Both the position numbers and the translations under genes were made by a program. A model generated the notes under the pieces. The model was not told where the DNA came from. It did no database searches and saw nothing but the letters and a program-made list of their open reading frames with translations. Positions 50,631-63,479 of a DNA stretch of 64,000 nt are shown piece by piece (the stretch's first letter is position 1; each line of letters opens with the position of its first letter). This stretch comes from Eledone cirrhosa (taxonomy: Eukaryota), in assembly GCA_964016885.1 (NCBI GenBank), contig OZ024742.1, positions 127,658,001 to 127,722,000 of the forward strand, in the 5' to 3' direction.

Positions 50631-51760
50631 GGCACATACAATCATATTGTTTAAGTCTTACTAAAGCTATTGTGTAGTACCAGAATAAAACTAATAATAC
50701 AGGCTCTATTTATTTTCTGCAGTTAAATAATTATCAACTGGAAGTGCAACACCTTGTGTGTGAAAGGTGAAGATAATGGTTAGTTCTATTGTCCATTTCC
50801 TTTGGCACTCCTCTACTACTACTTCTTTCAGACCATTTAACACCTATGCTCTTAGATTTCTTCTCCAGTTGTATTGTTTCTCTCTTATTGTCCATATCTA
50901 TATCAGTCAAGTTCAGATGTTTATAGCACACTGGATAGTCTGGAAGTCTTTTTGGTTATTAATACTTTCCATTGGGTCAACATGTTCAAATCACTACAGG
51001 TAACGTTGACTGATTAGAGGATTAATTACTGAGACAACTTTCTCTATCCATTATTTTTATGTTGACTGTTTTTCCACTGGTTATTGAGAATATCTCCTCA
51101 GAAATCAAATGTCGTAGTTTGACCATCAACATGAAGATTATAAGTATGAAAGAAGGCACTACAAATGAGAAATGTCAGCCATCTTCATTCTTTCAAATAA
51201 TTAATAAAACAGAAATTGAAGTACAAGTGAATAGGTCATCATTTCATTTCATGGCACAAATATTGAATTGTATTGATTTATTATTTGTAAACTTAAGTCA
51301 GCTGGCTTCGTGGTCCATGCAATGTTTTCGTCTTCATTCAGCATATGATCGCAGTGACAATTGCAATGCACCTATATATCATATCATCATCCTCAATCTA
51401 TCAAGGAAGGTATTTAAAACAAGCCAACAATTGTTAGAAATAGTAGCTAAATATCCATCACATCACACTCTACTCTCTTGAAAACAGAAAGGATACATTG
51501 AACAACGTTGTCTTGATTATGAGTCTGCTCAATTATGGCAGACAGGAGGCTAAACAATAGACAGACAGGAGGCTAAACAATAGACATTTTTTTCTTGCAT
51601 TCATTTTTTAAATGTCATAATAGGTACTGAACATTTGTATATTTTATTTTTACACATTGCTGCACTTGTTGATAATTATTTAACTACAGAAAACAAGTGG
51701 AGCCTGTATTATTAGTCTTACACAATAGCTTTAGTAAGACTTAATATGATTGTATGTGCC
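50631..51760. mobile_element. Non-autonomous DNA transposon with ~110-130 bp TIRs
   Basis: ggcacatacaatcatatt...aagtcttactaaagctattgtgt...taataatacaggctc is mirrored at 51650-51760. Confidence 0.8.
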
Positions 51761-51769
51761 ATATGTTAC

Positions 51770-52566
51770 CAGTATGTAGGAAAGGTGTAGGTAGGAACTC
51801 CATTCTCTGCCCCAAATGCAAACAATGGGTACACAAGAGATGTAGCGGGATCTCAGGAAGCTTAATTAAGAATGTAGGATTCACATGCAGCAGCTGTGCT
51901 GAGACAGCAAACAGCCACAGGAAACAAGTACCACCAATCTCTGGGAGGGCCCTGTAGAAACAGTTGACAGCTTCTGCTACCTAGGTGACCGAATTAGCAA
52001 CGGAGGTGGGTGTTCAGAAAGTGCAAAACTAGGGTAAGAACGGGATGGAAGAAGTTTAGGGAACTACTACCACTGCTAGCTGCAAAAGGCTTCTTCCCTC
52101 AGAATGAAAGGCAGACTGTATGATGCGTGTATCCGAACAGCGATGTTGCATGGTAGCGAGACCTGGGCGCTGAAGGTGGAAGACTTACGTAGATTAGAGA
52201 GAAACGAAGCCTGCATGCTCCGATGGATGTGTAACAATAATATACGTGAACGACAAAGCATAAATGAATTGAGAGAGAGACTGAGCATAAGAGGAATCAA
52301 ATGCTGTGTGCAGGAGAGGCGGTTGCGCTGGTATGGACATGTGATGCGTATGAAGGATGATAGCTGCATAAAAAGGTGCAGAGCACTAGAAGTTGATGGA
52401 AACCGCGGAGTGGGGAGACCCAAGATGACCTGGGATGAGGTGATAAAACCGACCTTACCCAATTACACCTCTCAAAGACAATGACACACGACCGTGACTT
52501 CTGGCGTCACGCAGTAATACAGAGTACCCGACCTCCCATGGGTACAAGCTGAAGCATATAGACAAT
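51770..52566 (+). mobile_element. RTE LINE 3' fragment
   Basis: PHD remnant and ORF 52104-52484. Confidence 0.92.
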
Positions 52567-52604
52567 ATGTAGTTTCTGTAGTTTAAATATCCTGTAATCT
52601 CCTA

Positions 52605-52920
52605 GGCACATGGCTTTTGGTTAGGGTATTCGGCTCACGATCATAACGTCATGAGTTTGATTCCCAGCAGCAGGCTGAGTCCTACAGCAACATACTTTAT
52701 TTAACATAGCTCCAGTCCACTCAGCTGGAAAAAGTGAGTTGTACCTGTAGTTAGAAGGGCCAGCCTTGCCACACTGTCATGCTGAATCTCCCTGAAAATT
52801 ATGTTATGGGTATGCGTGTCTGTGGAATGCTCAGCCACTTGCACGTTAATTTCATGAGTAAGCTCTTCTGTCAATCGTATTGACTGGAACACTCATTGTC
52901 AAAACCGACGGAGTGCCTCT
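52605..52920 (+). mobile_element. tRNA-derived SINE
   Basis: Head ggcacatggcttttggttagg...gagtttgattccc, related to 50230-50390. Confidence 0.7.
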
Positions 52921-52985
52921 AATCTCCTAGGATATATTACAAACATTGAAATCTAGTTATTGGCTGCCTCCTTTTTAAACACATA

Positions 52986-53842
52986 TCTTTTCTTCTTCGC
53001 CCACATAATCCTGAGAGGGTCGTGGGAGCAGAATCATCAAACACTCCTTCCAGTGGGTCCTGTCAGAAGCAACTGTCTCCAACTGATCCGGCTGGATCCC
53101 CAAGCGAGACCAGCCAAGCTCATGGATGTTATCCAACCATCTTACTCAGGGTCTACCCCTAGGTCTGATAGTTGGTTTTGTCCGTAAAATTCGTCCAGTG
53201 ATTCTTTCCTAAGACATTCTAACCACATGCCCAGAGTATCGGAGATGTGATGTCTCAATTCAGAGAAGTAGCGGCTCGACCTGGAGTGACTGATCTCCAA
53301 GTTATGCGCTTTATCAAGTAATGTTACTCTGAAGACCTTTCGGAGGAACCCTATTTCAGCCTCTTGTATTTGTGACCATATTCTTCTAGTCATTACCCAA
53401 GATTCATGACCATAGGTAAGGGTTGGCACGAATACCAAATTGAAGATAGCGAGTTTGGCTTTTACACTGAATGCTGAAGCTGGTACATTACTGCACCAGC
53501 TCCTGTAATTCTTGCACTTGATTCAGCCTCTTGCTTTCCATCACTCGTGAACACGGCCCCGAGATTCTTTAACTTCTTTACCTGTTTCAGTGGAACAACT
53601 CCATTTACATGAGTGCATTGCGCAAGCATCTCAGCTTTCGTATTACTGATTTTCATTCCAGCCATGCAGCACTCGGCAACAAACCTATCGAGTGCAAGCT
53701 GGAGATCACCTGTCGAGTTAAGTAACACCATGTCTGCAAATTCCAGTCGACTGGAAGTTATGATGCTACTTCCAACCTGGCTATGCATGTTAGTCCTATT
53801 CATGTAAATAATGAACAGTGGAGGTGACAGTATGCCACACAT
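52986..53842 (-). mobile_element. RTE-clade LINE (second family), 3' fragment
   Basis: LSPPLFIIYM, LEFAD, MKISNTK, PTLTYGHESWVMT; (GAA) tail. Confidence 0.85.
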
Positions 53843-54414
53843 CTATTAATTGAAGAATTATTTTTGCTGGTTGAATTGTAATGCCTTCTTAATACTCACA
53901 TAGAAAGAACAAATAACATGTTTTTAACTTGTGGAACCTAACTGTTGTTAAAAGAATGTCTAAAAAAAAATTACCAAATGTTATTACCAGAGATAAAGGC
54001 ATTAGCAAATCTAAAGAGACAGTTGTTTATAATTAGAATTTTTAACAGGCACATAACTACACATTTTGGGGAAAGAGTGCAGTCAAACTCAGTATTTGAT
54101 TGATATTCATTTTGTCAACCCTGAAAGAATGAAAAGCAAAATTGATTTTAACTGAGAATGAGTAAATACTATAGGGGATGTTTATCAGTCATTCTGTCAT
54201 TAGTGTATGATAAAATTAAAAAGTATGTAGTTAATTTAATACGCCATATTTCTGGCACTTTTTATTTTCCCCCACTTTAAAAAAAAAAAAAAAAAAAAAA
54301 AAAGAAGAAGAGGTGGGTAGGATACAGAATAAACATTGAAAGATTTTTTTTTTCAGGACTCAAAATCCCTTATATCTTCAATTAATATAATTGTTTCTTG
54401 TTTTCTTCTTACAG

Positions 54415-55782
54415 GTTATTGATTCTGTTGAATTGTGCACTGAATACCTTGTCAAGTCTATTAATCTGGATAGCTGTGTTGATGTCCTCATTCTTGCTGA
54501 TCTTTACTCACTTGTAAATGCTCAAGAAAAATCTCGAGACTTCATCCGCGAAAACTTTGAACGCATTGTTACTTCAGAAAAATACTACCAGTTGACACAC
54601 ACTCAACTAGCATTTTTACTTGCTGGAGACAACTTGAGGGTCACTTCGGAATACCAATTGGTTATGTTTGTACTTGAATGGGTCAAATGTGATGATCAAG
54701 AGCGCAAACAGTATTTACCACAACTGCTTGAAAACATACGATTACCTCTTCTACGTGTAGATGAACTTGATAAATTAGCTCGTTTGCACATCATGAGGAA
54801 TAACCAAGGGTGTAATCGGCTTTTTCGTGAAGCTCAAGAATACAATCGTAACATTTTCAAGCAACCTATGTATCAAACTAAACGCACTCAGGTTCGATCA
54901 GAGAAAGTTAGTCTAGTTCTTTGCCATGGTGAATCTCCTAAGAGTTATACTTTTAAAACAGAAAAGTTCACAACTTTGCGAAATCCTTTAATTCCTATGT
55001 ATAACCCTGGTGTCATTGTTGTTGACAATTTTATGTATGTATGTGGCGGCACTTGCAACAATGATCATAATTTTAATGCTTCACCCCGTTGCTTCCGCTT
55101 TGACCCTAGATTTGACACCTGGACAGAGTTCACTTCATTATTAGAAGCTCGAAAGGACTTTGTAATGGTTACTGTAAATAAAACTTTGTATGCCATTGGT
55201 GGGAAAGATAAGAACAATATCTCTTCTACTATGGAGAGCTACACAGTTGAGTCCAACCAGTGGAGTTGGAGAGCTCCAATTAACATTGCCGTCTATGGGC
55301 ATGCTGGGGATGTTTGTAAAGGAAAAATTTATGTGTGTGGTGGACAAACTACAACAGGCTGTGTTAACAATTTTCTTCGTTATGACCCGGCTACTAACAT
55401 GTGGGAAGATCGCTCGCGCATGTTGAGACCACGCTGCAACCATATTTTGGCATGTGTTAAAGAAAAGTTTTATGCAATTGGAGGCAACGTGGAAGATAGT
55501 CATGGATTAGCCAGTCCAATTGATCTTATTGAATCCTATAATCCTAACACTGACCAATGGACTACAATGGAAGTTACAGTTAGTATTCGAAAAGCAGGTG
55601 CTTTCGTGCGTGACGACAAAATCTATATTACAGGTGGACTGAAAGAGCAGAGGCTTTTAGAAATCATTCAAGAGTATGATCCTGTAAAGAACACCTTAAA
55701 AACTTCCCATACTTTTCCATTTGTCATTCTTGGCAGGGCATGTTGTTTGCTCACTTTAAACAGATGTGAACCTTTTCGATAA
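54415..55782 (+). CDS. Kelch-like (KLHL) protein, BACK + Kelch-repeat terminal exon (KLHL26/9/13/36-like)
   Basis: Acceptor ttttcttcttacAG at 54414, phase 0; BACK domain (SEYQL...WV...IRLPLL); Kelch repeats MYVCGG, LYAIGG, IYVCGG, FYAIGG, IYITGG with YDP/W motifs; stop at 55780-55782. Confidence 0.95.
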   Translation, partial: VIDSVELCTEYLVKSINLDSCVDVLILADLYSLVNAQEKSRDFIRENFERIVTSEKYYQLTHTQLAFLLAGDNLRVTSEYQLVMFVLEWVKCDDQERKQYLPQLLENIRLPLLRVDELDKLARLHIMRNNQGCNRLFREAQEYNRNIFKQPMYQTKRTQVRSEKVSLVLCHGESPKSYTFKTEKFTTLRNPLIPMYNPGVIVVDNFMYVCGGTCNNDHNFNASPRCFRFDPRFDTWTEFTSLLEARKDFVMVTVNKTLYAIGGKDKNNISSTMESYTVESNQWSWRAPINIAVYGHAGDVCKGKIYVCGGQTTTGCVNNFLRYDPATNMWEDRSRMLRPRCNHILACVKEKFYAIGGNVEDSHGLASPIDLIESYNPNTDQWTTMEVTVSIRKAGAFVRDDKIYITGGLKEQRLLEIIQEYDPVKNTLKTSHTFPFVILGRACCLLTLNRCEPFR

Positions 55783-58071
55783 TGCTGTATTCCCTATAAG
55801 ACTTTTAATATCTCAATATATATTCTTTCATAGTTTGCAAGGAAGAGAGCAAGCAACATTCGATTGTGTGACTGAATTGTATTTAAGGGAAGTGGAAGGG
55901 GTTTAAGTGATAGGAAAACTGATTTGATAAAAGTATTTTTTTTAAGTTATCATTATTAGTTTATAAATGAGGATAAAAAATGTGTTGTTTGTATGCACGT
56001 GTGTGTTGTCTATCTACATGTTGATCTATAACAGAATAAATTATCATTATAATTCATTTGCAGTATGACAGCTTTTGGTAATACCAGGTATTGTAACTGC
56101 ACAAACTATATTTACTCAAAGATACAAAGAAAAAAAAAAAGAAAGTTGTATTATTTAAAACTATTTTAATGTCAAGCAGCTTATTTTAATTCTTTTTCTT
56201 CCTTTAGTAGTAAAAAGGAATGTGGTTTTTAAATTCCATTGTGTAGACATAGCTCTAGGTTGAATTTGTGAAAGTTATCATCGCTGAACTTTTCACCAAC
56301 AACTTTATTGTATTACATTTTGTTTCTTTTTTCTAATTAAACAAAAAAAAAAATAAGTGCCATTATTATGTTAAATCCTATTCTGTGTAGTATAACAGTG
56401 TAATTTATGTAGCTTTGTTTTAGTATAACCACATTTGGGAGTCTTGATAATGCTATTAATTTGTGCCTGATTATCTGCACAATCTTGCTTCCTTTTGCTA
56501 TGTCTGGCTGTTCATAATCTGTAGCAATGTCTATGTTTTAAGAATAAATAAGGATTATTTATTTATCCTGTGAGCTGGTGCAATAGTCACTTCCTGACTT
56601 ATTAATGATCAGTGTAAATGTTAATGGGTTATCAGACTTAAGAAAACAGAAAAATGAAGATTGTGACATTCTTAGTATTTAACAGCTTTGGTGGGAGAAG
56701 TAAAGTGGAATAGCTATGATTGCATATCAAAACCAAATCACAATCAATTTACCATTGGAATACATCCTGTACATTGCTTGTCTAATATGTTCTGCTATTT
56801 AATTATGAGTTTATGTATCAGTGAAAAGCAGCATATTTATAGGGATGAAGAACAGGAGTATGTAAAGTTCATGTCTTTTGTAAGAGCATTGACAGCATAG
56901 CCATAGCGAAAAGGCTGCAACTAGGACTGAAAGTTGTTGACTTGGTACACTGCTACTCTGATGCTCATTATTTCCAATGATTAGTGAAATTTATGTCTTT
57001 CTCAAGAGTATTCTGTTACAGCTTGGCAAGATCAATATTTTAAGGCAAACTACAGCAGAATCAAAGAATATTTTTAGCTATTTTTAAAAAATATAAATTA
57101 TGAACAGGGCATGCAAGGGAAGATTTTAACTGTTCAAGTCTTTACTCCTATATGTAGTACATATTTATAACTACAGCATTTTTAATGGGTTATCTTTAAA
57201 TTTTATTATCAATAAATATTATTTCCAACAATTGTTACATACTGCACATGGATGTTTCAACAAGTCAGATATTGTGCTAGCCTCAGCCAAAGAACACAAT
57301 AGACTGTGTGTGACTCCTAGGAAATTTATATATCTTTCTTTCATGTGAGGGAAAATAAAAGCAATTAATCAAGTAATACAGTGTATACACAAATTAGATC
57401 TATTTTGAATTTAATAAATGCTACCATTGTCGTCATCATTATTATTTTAATGAATGATTTTTCTCTTTAATTCTTAAAACTCTTTCCTTTTATGTGGCTT
57501 TAGTTTGTCCCATCAAAGGAAAAAGCACAACATAAGATTGATTTTTCTCACAAATTTTCTCTGTATTGTTTCACTCTTATTTTATCTCCTCACTCTCCTT
57601 GCTGCTATAAAGCTAAAATAAAAAAAAGATGTTTACTTTTTTCTCTAGAACCTATTTTAGCATTTACAAACTAAGTTTATATTGGAAAATGGGACACATT
57701 CTCTTCCCTGTAACTATTGAATTGTGTCACTTTTTTTTTTAAACCCCTCCTCCCATCGGCAGCTAATCCCTGCATAATTAAGCCAATTAACAACGAAATC
57801 TTTAACTGTGGAAGATGTCTTCCAGATGTTTCGTAGATATATGCCAAACTTTGTTTTATCTTTCTTCTTCATATACAGCTGTGCAATGCTGAAATTTCAT
57901 GAAAACTATGGAAATAGTAAGAATTAAATATGTTGTATTTTATCATTTTTTCTCTACACTAATGGATGTTGGTGAAAATTATTTTTAAGTTCAATAATAT
58001 ATCTTGTATGACATGATTAAAGAAACTTATGGTCCTGTAACAATATGTATTGTTTTAATATGCAAGTCTCA

Positions 58072-58102
<31 letters not shown>

Positions 58103-60050
58103 CTGTCTGTAAGAAAATTATTTTATTTTATGTTAGGAATTATATTAGTTGTGAAAAGTGCATTGTTTCGAAGTGTAATAAAGATCAAATAATGAACATA
58201 ATTATATTATAATGAGTTTACTTTATTGTTGTGGAATTCTATAAAGGTTAAGACATCCAACTTGTGGCGTGTGTGTGTGTGAGGAGACACCACAAACTTA
58301 TATGAAAATTCAGCACTATTTGTTAGTAAAGCAAAATCAATTATATTTCTTAACTTGCAAAGAAAACTTAGTCTTATTGTAAATTTATTTTTTATTATTA
58401 AGTAACCATTTCACATACATTTTACAGAGGTAACCAATGGCTTTCACAAATTTTCATGTTTGCATAGTCTTAGATCAATTATTTCTACAGTTAAATAGTT
58501 TTATTTTACAGTTCAAAGCTTATCAAAAGGAAGAGGGGAGACTTGTCTGTAAGCCATTCAGTTTAAGAGGTGTCTAACATTGATTGTATAGCAGGAGCAT
58601 GTTAACAGTTCTGATGTCGATTACAATTGTGTGTTGTACAGGATCAACAAAAATTCCAGAAATTTTAAGGACAGGGTTTCAAATTGGCTTTGCAGCCATA
58701 TGGTTTTGTTGTGCAGTGAAATATTGTAGTATGTTTGGGTGCAAGACACTGAATTATACTTAAGACTTTTTGATACTGCTTAAAACTATCTCTAGTTTCA
58801 GAAGACAAACCTTCAAGAGTTCCTTTTAAATTAAAATCTTCCCACATAATTTTATATATGAGTTTTTCGTTAAGTTCTCTTACAAATACCATATTAATAA
58901 GGAAATGATAATTTTCATAAATCTCTCAATTCTTTATTAATTGAAATAACCTTGTTGTGAAAGAGTTAAGAATTTGATTCTTTCTTAGTTACATAAAAAA
59001 AAAGTGGAGTAGCTATGTGGTTAATTCGGAAGAAATATGGCATTAAGTTGGAAGGTATTCCAAATTTATAATACATATGGGATTAGTGAACATAATGAGT
59101 TTTCTCATTAAAAACAGTTGAAACTTATCTTTGATGAAATGATTGAAATTATCAAGAAATCACTTTATAATATTGATAAAGATGGCAAAAATTCCACGGT
59201 TAACCAGTTGGTCAGTGGTAATTGACAACATTCACACATTGAGAAATTTAAAGTTTTCTTATTTTACAAGTGCAGAAACTTCTAAATAAAATAAAACTTC
59301 TGAAGAAATATGGGTTCAAGTTGAAAAGAAAGAGTCAAAATTATAAATTTGTATAAGGCATGATTTGGGGGGTTTTATCACTATATGGTACCTTGAGTAT
59401 ATCTTTTACTATAGCCTGGAGCTAACCAATGAATTTGGTAAACAGAAACTGTATATTTGTTTCACTTTTCTTTTTGCATTCAACATTGAAGGCAGTGATA
59501 TTTGTTTACACTCTGTAAAAATAGATGCTGCTGCTCAGCACTTACACAACTTTAAATCTATACCTTAAAAAACAAATGAGGATTGGCATCAGGAAGAACA
59601 ATTCAGCTGTAGAATTATGCCATAAAATGTCTCATTCTACCCATGCCAGCATTGAAAAATATGTAAAACTGATGATGCATGAAATTAGTGAAAATTGTGA
59701 ATTTTGTTATTAGAAAAGTTGTAACATATCTATTCTAACACATTTTAGTGACATAGTTTAACATGTTTAGGTGCAACAAAGTAAATAAATCTTACATATT
59801 GTGAAAATTGAAAAATTTCACACATATAAAAAAAAAAGTTTTATTTTTAGTCTAATAGGTGTAGAATGTCTTGAGTGAAATATATTAGGTTTTAGAGCAA
59901 ACGAGTGACTAATTTGGAAGGAAATACATCAAAATTACAAATATCTATCAAATATAGAATTAATGAAAAGTATGTTTAGGTGCAACAAAGTGAACAATTA
60001 AGAAATTGTACACTTTCTAAGTTAGTTGAAAATAGCAAAAATTTCACATA

Positions 60051-60292
60051 CTAGGATTTTTTTCAACATGCTGACATATACGTGTGTGTGTGTGTATGTG
60101 CATACATTAATATGTATGAGTATTTAAACATGCAAACACACACAAAAATACACACATTCACACATAGCATAGCAAATGAAACACCAGCCACTGTTTTGTT
60201 ATAGTTTTTTCACCACTCCCTTCCTTTTACACACATACATTCACACACATTGTGTGATGGACGGACAGAAGTCACTCAAATTCATATATAGA
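60051..60292 (-). mobile_element. Short Helitron-like repeat
   Basis: 5' TCtatat, 3' CTAG; homologous to 62153-62413. Confidence 0.55.
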
Positions 60293-60559
60293 TGATTCCT
60301 TTACATTTTTAGTTGAAATAGCAAGAAGGTTAAATTTGTTATTTCTTTTGGGAGTGGATAAATTAAAGTAGCTAGAGTCAAATGTCATTATCTCTTTTGG
60401 GGATGGATATTTGGGTCAACTAAATCTACTTCACCATGCCTCCTAAAAAATGCGATGCTTTGCACTAAAATCAGCCATAAAAACTTATAAACAGACACAG
60501 TGAAGATAAGTGGGAGAGAGGTACCATTATGATACTGGATATGACTATGTTTCTGAAAA

Positions 60560-61440
60560 AATAGTTTCAGTTAGCACCATGTCCAACATTTGTGAAGATA
60601 GCTACAATGTGTTGTTCCAATGAAAAAGGAAACCTACCAATTCTTGCTGATTCACTAGAGGGTTAGGACTGCTTTTTGCAGAATATCAGAAAATACAATT
60701 TTCTTTCCAAATGACTCATTTTGGAGTCAGCAAAATCAACAAAAGCAGATTCATACAAATTTAACACAAGATTGGATCACTTCAGCCCTGATTTCTCTAG
60801 CTGTATTTTGTTGTTGACATAGTCAGGCTCATAATCCAGGTACACTGTTTGACCTGATTCTTAAACTTCAAGAGATGGTCCATGTAAAGAACAGCTGTGT
60901 CAGGAGTTCAAGTGTGCATTGGATTCTGTACTCACTTTAGAATTTCAAATTGTCATTGATGAAAACAAGGGGCCTTCTGGAGAATATGAATGCCATTTCA
61001 ATGCAATGAAGTTGTTATAATCATGAGTGGAATACCACATGATAGAAGAGACATGAAATGCAAAGACAATACTGTCAAAAGATGACGGACACTATGATGC
61101 ATTGCAATAGCATTTTCTTTATGCCTATAGTGAAGATGGGTATCACTTTGGAATATCACAAGCCAGATCAAATTCTTTAAAATCTGTTTTATGTATGGAC
61201 TTTATACCTGTCATTTAATGGTTCAAGAGAATTTATTCAACTGCCTTCATCGAGGTCAAACTTTCTTCCACTAGTTTACAGTGGACATGTTTGTTAAGAT
61301 GCAATCTTCAACATCTTACCAAAAAGAGCTGAGGGAAAACTCATGTATTTACACACTGCAATCAATAATGATGTTAGAAGAAAGCTTTGTGAGCTTTGCA
61401 TTCTCTAAGTTTCACTGGTAGCTCTCGATACATGTATAAA
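60560..61440 (+). pseudogene. Helitron RepHel N-terminal (Rep-proximal) remnant
   Basis: My manual translation: MCCSN, FLQNIRKYN..FQMTHFG, PSGEYECHFNA..EV, HYDALQ*..SEDGYH, FFH*FTVDMFVK, FTGSSRYM. Confidence 0.8.
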
Positions 61441-62152
61441 TGAACACAGAATGCAATAATATTTGCTGTTTCCGATGCTCAGAACTCTTCATTACTTTTT
61501 TGCTATCTCAAATGTTGCAACTGTTGGTTTACCACAAAAAGAAAAAGAAAAAAAAAAGAAACTCCAGTACCCCTTCTGGCATGTCTTCTCCCACTTTCTT
61601 TTTATTATACAGTGTTTATTTGTACGAAGTGGCTGGCCCCAGGCCATCAAAAATAATGGCTAATTGTAATATGTATACATAATATAAAAAAAGAGATGTA
61701 TGTTTGTTGGTTCCTTCATGCCCACTCACACAAGTGATAGAAGCATATGCACACACAGCTGTGACAAATCTTAGAATGCTGGACTTCTATAGTTTCTCAA
61801 CCACCTCCTTCCTCAGTCATCACATAGATGTGTGTATATGTAATAACTTTTTTCTAAGTGTGTTTGTTTATATATATATATATGTATGTATAGATTCATG
61901 TGTTGTAATTCTATTGGCTATGTATTTCTAAATAAACACACAAACACATACACTCACACATATTATAAATATAATTTACACAAATACACACAATCATAAC
62001 AGCCAATGTGTATAGCCAATTCGCTATGCATATAGACACACACAGATGTAGCAAATATTGGATGCTGCCACCCCTTCCTTTCCCAGTTGACGTTATCACC
62101 CCTTACTTCCTCAGTCATCTTGTGACGGACAAATATACAAGCGTATTATATA

Positions 62153-62413
62153 CTAGAATTTTTTTCAACACACGGACGGGTATGTGTATGTACATATGCA
62201 TACATTTATATGTATGAGTATATAAATATAAACACGCAAACAGAGACAATTACAAAAATACACACAGACATACATTCACATCGCGTAGTTTTTTCACCAT
62301 CCCCTTCCTTTCTTTTACACATACATTCACTCAAAGAGAGAGGTGTAGTATGAAGTAGTCAAGCTACTCTCTCTTTACGTGTTGTGACAGAATTGCAGAA
62401 ATTTATATATAGA
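62153..62413 (-). mobile_element. Short Helitron-like repeat
   Basis: 5' TCtatatataaat, 3' ttCTAG|T; homologous to 60051-60292. Confidence 0.55.
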
Positions 62414-62533
62414 TTAGTAGATTCTATTGGAATAAGCTGATGTTTATTCAAGTTTGAAATCACTCTCATTCTGAGTTATATGGATATCAGTATAGCTTCA
62501 TGTCAAATAAGGGGGATTTGAATTTTTTTCATT

Positions 62534-62695
62534 CCACTGCAAAGTGGTCGTGGAGGTGCCACAGCAAAAAAGCACCCTGCACTCACTGTAAATGAGGTTG
62601 GTGTTAGGAAGGGCATCCAGCTATAGAAATCAAGCCAGAATCAGTTCCCGTCCCACCCTTGCAAGCAGGGAAAAGCGGACGTAAAATGATGATGA
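62534..62695 (+). mobile_element. RTE-type 3' tail retroposon copy
   Basis: Near-identical to the reverse complement of 50062-50218; ends gcggacgtaaaatgatgatga. Confidence 0.8.
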
Positions 62696-62926
62696 CCAAC
62701 GGTCAAAAATACAGCTATCATATAGATATAAACATATATATATATAGTCTAACAAAGTTCTTTCGTTGCACATCTGCAACATCATCAGTAGTACTATTAT
62801 GTTCCTCCTGTTGTATTGTATATCTACGCCATCTTTATTTTAAAATAAAGATGGCAACGAAAGAACTTTGTTAGACTATATATGTGTTTATATCTATATT
62901 ATATCTATATTTTTGACTGTTGGTCA
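62693..62926. mobile_element. Fold-back MITE with ~80 bp arms
   Basis: tgaccaacggtcaaaaata...tagtctaacaaagttctttcgttgc / gcaacgaaagaactttgttagacta...tatttttgactgttggtca. Confidence 0.8.
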
Positions 62927-63479
62927 GTCAATGGTAAACATTGAGGACCCAATGAATTAACTGTGGAGATATAAAAGATACAGAAGCGAAAACCAACCAA
63001 ACAGTGCATGTATTATTATTTCTGGCAATATTATTACAACAATATGACCCTCCCCATATATATATATATATATATTCACAATGTCCGCAATAGCTTATGC
63101 AACAAACTAGTATAAATTGCATCTGTAATTTTAAGGTTTAAAAATCTGTAACAAGTATCTATCATACACGTATTAATATGGCAATATACAAACTAAAAAA
63201 AAAACAAAAACAACAACAACACCCATTGTAATTCATGCTTTTTTCCCCACCATTTCATTCAAGTTAGTTGACAACCCTGGTCCATAGACGAACATTGCAT
63301 ATATGTATATTTATATACACACCTTATACCATACTTTTAATACACAACATATAATTTAATGTAGGTAGATGGTCTGACAAAATTCGTGTATATATATATA
63401 TATATATATATATGTTTATGGAATGTGTGAGGGTATTACGGTGTAATTTTCGAAAAGCTGAATTGTAAAATAAAATTCA

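Noticed and set aside
54391-54414. ORF-track start MFLVFFLQ of the 463-aa ORF, and the extension 43702-43761
   Set aside because: Intronic polypyrimidine tract and read-through past the splice donor.
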